58,865 nucleotides of DNA from a virus (lineage: Duplodnaviria; Caudoviricetes), in IMG/VR virus record IMGVR_UViG_3300032050_008696, positions 1-58,865 of that record; one strand, written 5' to 3'. Position 1 is the stretch's first letter, and every line of letters begins with the position of its first letter. Under the pieces are notes generated by a model. It was not told the origin of the DNA. It searched no databases and worked only from the letters and a program-made list of their open reading frames with translations. This document shows positions 1-5,187 of this stretch, piece after piece. The position numbers and the translations under genes are program-made.

Positions 1-261
1 CACAATATGTTATGTTATTCGTCCACAATCCACACAGTTAATTACTCCGCGTGTTGATGATTGATGGGCCTTCTTTTTCCCACAACGACCTACGATATAT
101 CATTTATAATTTAGCTACGATGTCGTTACGCTTGAATTACAAGTTGTCCAACTCATAATTCTCCATAGACTTACACCACATATTGTTACTCCAACCAATA
201 ATGATTCTTCATCACTATTGTGCGTTACCCCTATACGAAAGGTTGTTCCGCCACTATCTTA
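1..261 (-). ncRNA. Candidate large structured ncRNA with a tRNA-like 5' end, running off the window edge
   Basis: Follows tRNA-Leu and a boxA. Nested helices: 196-205/211-220, 2-10/178-186, 21-28/163-170, hairpin 134-161, 83-89/122-128, 31-37/47-53. Their non-Watson-Crick pairs are G-U on the minus strand. No credible ORF. Confidence 0.65.
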
Positions 262-276
262 AATTGTTAAAGAACT
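261..276 (-). promoter_or_regulatory. boxA-like antitermination element
   Basis: Minus strand AGTTCTTTAACAATTT, close to E. coli rrn boxA TGCTCTTTAACAATTT. Related copies at 576-585, 1571-1580, 1750-1759, 2109-2118 and 2254-2263. Confidence 0.7.
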
Positions 277-285
277 ATCAAAAAA

Positions 286-563
286 TGGTAGGGATGAGTG
301 GATTCGAACCACCGCTTTACAGATTTTCGTACTACTATAACTTTCGTTACTCATTTCTGATTTGTAGTCTGGACTTTCTCTTCATCATAACATTTCTGTT
401 TTAGATGTTCGCCGTTAAGTCTCTACACCTTTTCATTTCTGAACTTGGCTCGGGATTGGCAGTTAAGCTTTCCCCGAATTTGACGAATTCTACTTTGAAG
501 ATTTCTCTTCAAGCACTCAATTTACGCTAAAGTCTGTTGCCTCTTCCGCTGGGCTACATCCCC
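286..563 (-). tRNA. trnL: tRNA-Leu(UAA), intron-containing (exons 563-530 and 327-286)
   Basis: Joined exons give acceptor GGGGATG/CATCCCT, anticodon arm ACAGA-CT TAA AA-TCTGT, T loop TTCGAAT and encoded CCA. Confidence 0.93.
328..529 (-). ncRNA. Group I intron (IC3-like, 202 nt, no ORF) in the tRNA-Leu UAA anticodon
   Basis: 5' exon ends in U and the intron ends in G. IGS GAGT pairs with exon ACTT. Core elements AATTCGGGGAAA (P), AATCCCGAGC (Q), GTAGAGACTTAA (R), AAGAGAAAGTCC (S). GAAA-capped P2 and P9. Confidence 0.92.
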
Positions 564-575
564 ATTTAAATTTGT

Positions 576-612
576 TTAAAGAACCATCACTTACTACTTA
601 TTCATCTTACCA
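576..612 (-). repeat. Duplicated promoter-leader-boxA unit (second copy 2254-2291)
   Basis: aaagaaccatcacttactactt..t.atcttaccac occurs at both places. Confidence 0.85.
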
Positions 613-631
613 CATCTTCTTCTGATGTCAA
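604..631 (-). promoter_or_regulatory. sigma70-type promoter for tRNA-Leu(UAA) and the downstream ncRNA
   Basis: TTGACA-16 nt-TAAGAT with extended -10 TG. Confidence 0.8.
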
Positions 632-649
632 CTGCTTTTTCAAAAAAAT

Positions 650-726
650 TGGTAGCTAGGGTCAGATTCGAACTGACACTGTTTCGTTTTTGAGACGAAT
701 GCCTCCTGCCTTTGGGCTACCTAGCC
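650..726 (-). tRNA. trnL: tRNA-Leu(CAA), short variable loop
   Basis: Acceptor GGCTAGG/CCTAGCT, anticodon arm TTCGT-CT CAA AA-ACGAA, TTCGAAT, CCA. Confidence 0.92.
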
Positions 727-744
727 ATTTAATCTTATACAATA

Positions 745-772
745 ACTATACCGCAAACTTTTAAAAAGTCAA
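745..772 (-). promoter_or_regulatory. sigma70-type promoter for tRNA-Leu(CAA)
   Basis: TTGACT-16 nt-TATAGT. Confidence 0.7.
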
Positions 773-836
773 CTGATTTTAAATCTTTTTTCTACTTTTT
801 TTCTACTTTTAGAATCCACTCATATATTTATATTAT

Positions 837-980
837 ATGGGAAGAAAACAAAAATATAAAACTGAAGAAGAAAAACTTAACGCACGTCGTGAAAGACAAA
901 TGCGTTATTATTTCAAAAATCAACAAGTTAAAAAAGAACAATCATTAAAAAGATATTATAAAAAGAAAGAAAACAAATGA
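837..980 (+). CDS. Small basic protein (47 aa, MGRKQKYKTEEEKLNARRERQMRYY...), not in the ORF track
   Basis: Open frame whose stop overlaps the HNH start (ATGA). Preceded by the ATATTTATA motif. Confidence 0.65.
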   Translation: MGRKQKYKTEEEKLNARRERQMRYYFKNQQVKKEQSLKRYYKKKENK

Positions 981-1381
981 AAACATTCAATTCAATTTGT
1001 AAATGTTGTAATCAACAATTTGTTCATCACTCTTCATCTGGTGGTGTATATTGCACTAATAAGTGCCAACAAAGATATCAAACATCTATAATGAAAGAAC
1101 AGATTAAATCTGGTACATATCCAAATATTCCAACTAGACCATTTATATATTCAATGTTATGTGAAGATTTTGGAAATAAATGTTCACTATGTGGAATAGA
1201 CGGAAATAACTGGAATGGGAATTCTATTAGATTGTGGGTAGACCACATTGATGGTTATGCCAACAATAACAAATATTCTAATTTCAGATTAATCTGCCCC
1301 AATTGTGATTCCCAACTTGATACTTGTAGAGCAAAAAATAAAGGAAAAGGAAGAAAATCTTTGGGATTAAAAATCCGTTGA
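977..1381 (+). CDS. HNH endonuclease (free-standing, homing-type)
   Basis: CSLCG...VDHIDG..NN..SNFRLICPNC, plus an N-terminal Cys-rich Zn module. Confidence 0.88.
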   Translation: MKTFNSICKCCNQQFVHHSSSGGVYCTNKCQQRYQTSIMKEQIKSGTYPNIPTRPFIYSMLCEDFGNKCSLCGIDGNNWNGNSIRLWVDHIDGYANNNKYSNFRLICPNCDSQLDTCRAKNKGKGRKSLGLKIR

Positions 1382-1391
1382 TTAAATAAAA

Positions 1392-1485
1392 TGGTGGTTC
1401 CGCCCGGATTCGAACCGAGACCGTGCTCAAATCTAGAGCTTATCAACGTTATAAGCGTTGCGTTCTACCGTTAAACTACGGAACC
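1392..1485 (-). tRNA. trnI: tRNA-Ile(UAU) with long variable arm
   Basis: Acceptor GGTTCCG/CGGAACC, anticodon arm CAACG-CT TAT AA-CGTTG, extra arm GCTC-TAGATTT-GAGC, TTCGAAT, ACCA. Confidence 0.88.
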
Positions 1486-1491
1486 ACTAAA

Positions 1492-1565
1492 TGGTAGCGG
1501 GTAGCCGAATTACACGACTTCCTTCTCGTTATGAGCGAGATATGCTATTTTTACACTCACCCGCA
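1492..1565 (-). tRNA. Atypical tRNA, CAU anticodon (Met/fMet/Ile2 unresolved), copy 3
   Basis: TCTCG-CT CAT AA-CGAGA, ACCA end. U1:U72 mismatch, T loop TGTAATT. Confidence 0.75.
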
Positions 1566-1584
1566 AATTATTAAAGAACTAAAA

Positions 1585-1656
1585 TGGTAGCTGGTATGGG
1601 TGCTGCCCCCACTTGACAAACCTTATGAGGATTCGTCGTTTGCTGAAACCCCAGCC
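1585..1656 (-). tRNA. Atypical tRNA, CAU anticodon, copy 2
   Basis: GAATC-CT CAT AA-GGTTT, ACCA end. Minimal D arm GTTT-CAGC-AAAC, T loop GGCAGCA. Confidence 0.7.
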
Positions 1657-1664
1657 ATTTTAAA

Positions 1665-1741
1665 TGGTTGCTGAAGCATAGGAATCGCACCTACTTAATG
1701 AATGGTTATGAGCCATCCCCAGATCTAACCTGCCGCCAGCT
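1665..1741 (-). tRNA. Atypical tRNA, CAU anticodon, copy 1
   Basis: GATGG-CT CAT AA-CCATT, ACCA end. A1:A72 mismatch, 2-nt bulge in the acceptor stem, T loop TGCGATT. Confidence 0.7.
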
Positions 1742-1761
1742 ATTGAATTTTAAAGAACCGT

Positions 1762-1925
1762 AAAAAATCGAGTTGGGTGTATTTTATTGAATACTCTATC
1801 CACCCAACAAATAGAGTATACCATGTACTAACCCCGCAACCAAGAAGTTTTTTAAGAGATCTTCCATACTCTAGGGGCGTAGTTTTCTATGCCCTCCACC
1901 ATGTTGTTTTTCTTAGCAATACAAC
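1762..1925 (-). ncRNA. Candidate structured RNA or attenuator between tRNA-Glu and the CAU tRNA trio
   Basis: Helix 1772-1779/1801-1808 precedes a U6 tract. Segment 1811-1819 can pair with either 1791-1799 or 1866-1873. Further hairpins upstream. Confidence 0.5.
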
Positions 1926-1936
1926 CAAACATCAAA

Positions 1937-2011
1937 TGGTAGTCTGTAGGGGAATCGAACCCCTCTTACCGGAGTGAAAGTCCAGTGTCCTAGCCGATAG
2001 ACGAACAGACC
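1937..2011 (-). tRNA. trnE: tRNA-Glu(UUC)
   Basis: Canonical cloverleaf, CTGGA-CT TTC AC-TCCGG, CCA. Confidence 0.95.
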
Positions 2012-2018
2012 GTTAAAT

Positions 2019-2095
2019 TGGTGGTCCCGGTGGGACTCGAACCCACGACCTAAAGCTTAAAAGGCTTCAGCTCTAACCAACTGAGCTACAAGACC
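2019..2095 (-). tRNA. trnK: tRNA-Lys(UUU)
   Basis: Canonical cloverleaf, GAAGC-CT TTT AA-GCTTT, CCA. Confidence 0.95.
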
Positions 2096-2130
2096 AATAA
2101 AATTTTTTTTAAAGAACCGACAACAAAATC

Positions 2131-2158
2131 ATCTTACCATACATTCTTAACTTGTCAA
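2131..2158 (-). promoter_or_regulatory. sigma70-type promoter for the Lys-Glu-CAU-Ile tRNA run
   Basis: TTGACA-16 nt-TAAGAT with extended TG, followed by boxA at 2109-2118. Confidence 0.8.
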
Positions 2159-2174
2159 CAGCGATGTTCTTTGT

Positions 2175-2249
2175 TGGTGACCCCCTTCGGTTAAAGGCCG
2201 AGGCAGTTCCGCCATACGTAGATGTTCTAGAGGAGTGCTTCTCCCACCA
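2175..2249 (-). ncRNA. Unknown 75-nt structured RNA
   Basis: GC-rich island with its own promoter and boxA. Closing stem TGGTG/CACCA encloses four short hairpins. Confidence 0.6.
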
Positions 2250-2281
2250 TGCTTAAAAGAACCATCACTTACTACTTCTTT

Positions 2282-2309
2282 ATCTTACCACTAAGTTTTC
2301 AAAGATCAA
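2282..2309 (-). promoter_or_regulatory. sigma70-type promoter
   Basis: TTGATC-16 nt-TAAGAT with extended TG. Confidence 0.65.
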
Positions 2310-2377
2310 TAACTTTTTTTAGAAAGTTTTGAGGTAACTTATAAATATTAAATATATCAAATAAATTACCGAAAAAA

Positions 2378-2452
2378 TGGTACCCCCATTAGGATTCGAA
2401 CCTAAACAAAGGCTTTAGAAGAACCTTGTGCTATCCATTACACCATGAGGGC
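2378..2452 (-). tRNA. trnR: tRNA-Arg(UCU)
   Basis: Cloverleaf, AGGTT-CT TCT AA-AGCCT, TTCGAAT, CCA. Confidence 0.93.
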
Positions 2453-2461
2453 ACTGTGAAC

Positions 2462-2794
2462 TTACTTACCTTTTTCCATTTCATCCCGAAGAGCTTTACC
2501 AAGTTCAGTTAAACTGAAAAGTGGTTCACCATCTTCGTTAGTACCTGAAACATATAATAGACCATCTTCAACCATCTTGTCAACTGTCTTTTTAGTTTCC
2601 GCCAAACTAATTTCATTATAAATCACTTCGGCTTCAAACTCGTTACAATCAAGCTCTTTCATGATTACCTCAATACAAGCTTGCTTTTCTTCGGCTTTGA
2701 CTTGTTCTTCTACTTTATCGGCATCAAGATTAGAACAATGATTCAATAGATCGTCAATTGATCCGGTGAAGTTATCGGTAATGTACTTGTCCAT
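2462..2794 (-). CDS. Hypothetical protein, possible C-terminal winged helix
   Basis: KMVEDGLL...FSLTELGKAL resembles a wHTH wing. Confidence 0.6.
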   Translation of the reverse strand: MDKYITDNFTGSIDDLLNHCSNLDADKVEEQVKAEEKQACIEVIMKELDCNEFEAEVIYNEISLAETKKTVDKMVEDGLLYVSGTNEDGEPLFSLTELGKALRDEMEKGK

Positions 2795-2805
2795 GTATAT
2801 AGATA

Positions 2806-3090
2806 TTATAGTGTTACTGGTACATTCTTGTAGTAACGTACAGCACGATCTACCATCTTATTAAGAACCTTTGTGGTACTTACTGGTACAGTTTTATTTG
2901 GACCCCATCCATTTTCAGCACGACCAAGAGCAATAGTAAATGCCTTGCGTTTATCAAATCGATCACCAGCTTTTGTATTTGTATGACTCCACCCCAATCG
3001 AATTGTACCATCAATAACTGTGGCAACAACCATTCCACGGGGCTGACCATTACGGTCACGTACCAACTGCTTAAGTGTAGTATCCTTCAT
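2806..3090 (-). CDS. Hypothetical protein (start moved to MKDTT)
   Basis: ORF. The upstream extension overlaps the neighbouring gene and an A-rich leader. Confidence 0.65.
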   Translation of the reverse strand: MKDTTLKQLVRDRNGQPRGMVVATVIDGTIRLGWSHTNTKAGDRFDKRKAFTIALGRAENGWGPNKTVPVSTTKVLNKMVDRAVRYYKNVPVTL

Positions 3091-3112
3091 ATAACCTTTA
3101 TTTTTTATTTTT

Positions 3113-3295
3113 TTAGTTTCCTTCGACGTAACGTAGTAGATCACGATTTGGTTCAACACCAATCTTTTCATCTACAGCCTGCTTGATAGCAGCCTTATAA
3201 TAATACTGTGCGTATAGATCTGTTAGTTGTAGTTTACGTTCTGCGATTTTTTCTTTGAGGTTATTAATAACTGTTTGAGTAGTCTTCGTCTTCAT
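3113..3295 (-). CDS. Hypothetical protein (start moved to MKTKT)
   Basis: ORF in the co-oriented run, coiled-coil-like. Confidence 0.5.
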   Translation of the reverse strand: MKTKTTQTVINNLKEKIAERKLQLTDLYAQYYYKAAIKQAVDEKIGVEPNRDLLRYVEGN

Positions 3296-3419
3296 ATTTT
3301 GAATTGTAACGAGAAGGTTTTCCTTCACTAGGTTGCCACTTCTTGTTAACCTTTTTGTTTGATTTGTTGCGCCAATTTCCTTCGTTGCGTGAACGACGAT
3401 CTTTGAATGACTTTCCCAT
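3264..3419 (-). CDS. Small basic protein with acidic tail (51 aa, MGKSFKDRRSRNEGNW...EDEDYSNSY), not in the ORF track
   Basis: Manually translated open frame that fills the gap below the terminator. Confidence 0.6.
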   Translation of the reverse strand: MGKSFKDRRSRNEGNWRNKSNKKVNKKWQPSEGKPSRYNSKYEDEDYSNSY

Positions 3420-3446
3420 ATACTACTTTTAAAAATAAATAGTGGA

Positions 3447-3482
3447 AGAAAAGGGGATTAATAACTTTTTTTATCAATCCCC
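3447..3482 (-). terminator. Intrinsic terminator
   Basis: GGGGATTGATAA...TTATTAATCCCC followed by TTTTCTT. Confidence 0.7.
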
Positions 3483-3496
3483 ATTTTGTTCAACTT

Positions 3497-3745
3497 TTAA
3501 GCAGAAGCAGTCTGTGAATTGGTTGTGGTTGAATTGTAAGTATACACAATACTTGGCTTGCCACGCTTACCAGTCTTCTGCGTACCCGCTACAGTATAGC
3601 GGCCATTAGCAACACTACGCTTAATGTGCATCCGAAGTGTCGGAGTCTTGACGTTAGTGTTGATGTTGACTAGATCAACAATCGTAAAATTGCGATCAGT
3701 GATTTCATTTACCTGTGTTGCCTTGCGGCCTGTCTTGTTGCTCAT
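3497..3745 (-). CDS. Small putative DNA-binding protein
   Basis: Basic. The GKRGKPSIVY wing motif is typical of wHTH proteins. Has its own promoter. Confidence 0.65.
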   Translation of the reverse strand: MSNKTGRKATQVNEITDRNFTIVDLVNINTNVKTPTLRMHIKRSVANGRYTVAGTQKTGKRGKPSIVYTYNSTTTNSQTASA

Positions 3746-3792
3746 ACTTTTATGTTTTATATTTTGTTTTGTTATTAACTTACTACAAATTC

Positions 3793-3820
3793 ATCTTACC
3801 ACGGTTTTAAACAAAGTCAA
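3793..3820 (-). promoter_or_regulatory. sigma70-type promoter
   Basis: TTGACT-16 nt-TAAGAT with extended TG. Confidence 0.75.
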
Positions 3821-3829
3821 CATTCTTTT

Positions 3830-4039
3830 TCAAAATCCTTTCGAAGCCTCAAACACCAACGCTTCGGTCAGATTACCGCTACCATAACGCTTGCCATTAC
3901 GGTCAAACGTGGTGTTGCTGCTAGCGTTATAATAACCAACATTCTTGCCATTTTTATCATGGGCATACACAGTTGAACCCGTGTCCTTGGTATAACCAAT
4001 GTTGCGGTTGCTACCATCCATTACATACTTAGTACTCAT
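3830..4039 (-). CDS. Hypothetical protein with beta-hairpin repeats
   Basis: Repeated D-x-N-G-K/R-x-x-G units. Confidence 0.65.
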   Translation of the reverse strand: MSTKYVMDGSNRNIGYTKDTGSTVYAHDKNGKNVGYYNASSNTTFDRNGKRYGSGNLTEALVFEASKGF

Positions 4040-4056
4040 ATTTTATTTTTTATGTT

Positions 4057-4599
4057 TTAGTTGTTGTCTACGAAATTACGATAAAAACTCATTACAATGC
4101 CACTGGTAGTACCTACGTTAAGTGAACGTACACTACCATAAGCTGGAATAGTGATAATCATATCACTTTGATCAAGCATATACTTGCTCAAGCCACACTT
4201 TTCTTCACCAAAGATAAACATTGGATAACATGAACTGTCAAAACAGTCACAACTGAATAGATTACAAGTCTTGTCAACATATTCAGGAATATTGTTTTCG
4301 ATAGCAATTAAAGTGTAATTATTGAGACGTACATAAGATACGAAATCTTCCTCTGTCTTGATGTGCTTCAAATCGGTGTAGTGGTGTGTACCAACTGTGC
4401 CACGACGATCCCATTGCTTGCTACCACCAACATATAGAGCTTCCTTGAAACCAAAGAAGTTTGCGTTACGTACAAGAGTAGACAGATTGAAGTCTCCGTT
4501 AACGTGCATCATAGCAACGCCTGCGTCAATACAATTACTCTTACAATAGGACTTGATATCGTCCACAGTCTTACTCTTTAGATGATCCAAAACATTCAT
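4057..4599 (-). CDS. SpoU/TrmH-family (SPOUT) RNA 2'-O-methyltransferase
   Basis: NLSTLVRNANFFG, IFGEEKCGLS and ITIPAYGSVRSLNV motifs. Confidence 0.92.
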   Translation of the reverse strand: MNVLDHLKSKTVDDIKSYCKSNCIDAGVAMMHVNGDFNLSTLVRNANFFGFKEALYVGGSKQWDRRGTVGTHHYTDLKHIKTEEDFVSYVRLNNYTLIAIENNIPEYVDKTCNLFSCDCFDSSCYPMFIFGEEKCGLSKYMLDQSDMIITIPAYGSVRSLNVGTTSGIVMSFYRNFVDNN

Positions 4600-4633
4600 A
4601 GTAAAATTACTTTACCATGTATTTTATAAAAAG

Positions 4634-4885
4634 TCAACTCTTTTTCTTAATTGTCTTTTTGGACTTAATTTCTGATTCAGCTGGATATCCAGAAGGTGAT
4701 GCTGTTTCAGCCTTCTTAGAGTTAGCGTATTCCTTTTCGGCTTCTTCAATTACAGCTTTAACAAAATCTGTGAGTAGTCCGCTCCAATGATTACGTTCAC
4801 TGTCTTCCACGATTGCCAGCTTTTTCCACCGTGGCATCTCGTTGAATTTGCGTTGATATACAGTTTTATAGAATGATGCTGTCAT
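4634..4885 (-). CDS. Hypothetical protein
   Basis: ORF preceded by the ATATTTATA motif. Confidence 0.65.
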   Translation of the reverse strand: MTASFYKTVYQRKFNEMPRWKKLAIVEDSERNHWSGLLTDFVKAVIEEAEKEYANSKKAETASPSGYPAESEIKSKKTIKKKS

Positions 4886-4897
4886 ATTATATAAATA

Positions 4898-5149
4898 TTA
4901 AAAGGAGGTACTCAATCGACTAGCATACGCCATGTTACTTGCCTTACCTTTACGATAAGATACTTTGGAATAGTTGTCAAATGCTTTCTTTGAAGTAATT
5001 ACAATGCTACCCGCAGTTTTGTGTCCAAAGTGCAGATATCCATACTTTTGACTACGTTTAGCAGATTGATCGCCACATGGCAAGCAAATCTTGTAACCAA
5101 GTTCATAACGTTCGGGATGAATTTCATTTCCACAACCACATTTAATCAT
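4898..5149 (-). CDS. DksA/TraR-like C4 zinc-finger protein
   Basis: CGCGNEIHPERYELGYKICLPC. Promoter TTGACC-17-TATACT at 5158-5186. Confidence 0.6.
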   Translation of the reverse strand: MIKCGCGNEIHPERYELGYKICLPCGDQSAKRSQKYGYLHFGHKTAGSIVITSKKAFDNYSKVSYRKGKASNMAYASRLSTSF

Positions 5150-5187
5150 ATATAAAAAGTATACACGATGATGTGGTTGTGGTCAAT

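Noticed and set aside
1-261. tmRNA or RNase P identity for the large ncRNA
   Set aside because: No Ala-type GGGG acceptor with G3-U70 or tag ORF, and no RNase P GAGGAAAGUCC motif in the visible part.
786-810. Short direct repeat tttttctactttt x2
   Set aside because: Low-complexity sequence next to a promoter with no independent support for function.
1825-1905. c-di-GMP-I (GGTTGCGGGGTTA) or SAM-I (GGTGGAGGG..GCCC) riboswitch
   Set aside because: Only fragments match. The GGCAAAC/GCAAAG core and the SAM-I AUC and GCAACC elements are missing.
183-1977. ORF-track entries 183-404, 1255-1446 and 1777-1977
   Set aside because: They overlap tRNAs, the intron or structured RNA and have no protein-like features.
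2175-2249. ZTP riboswitch, twister, or HDV-like theta ribozyme
   Set aside because: Partial resemblances only. The required 3' GCCUGGGC stem, twister core or P3/P1.1 pairings could not be built.
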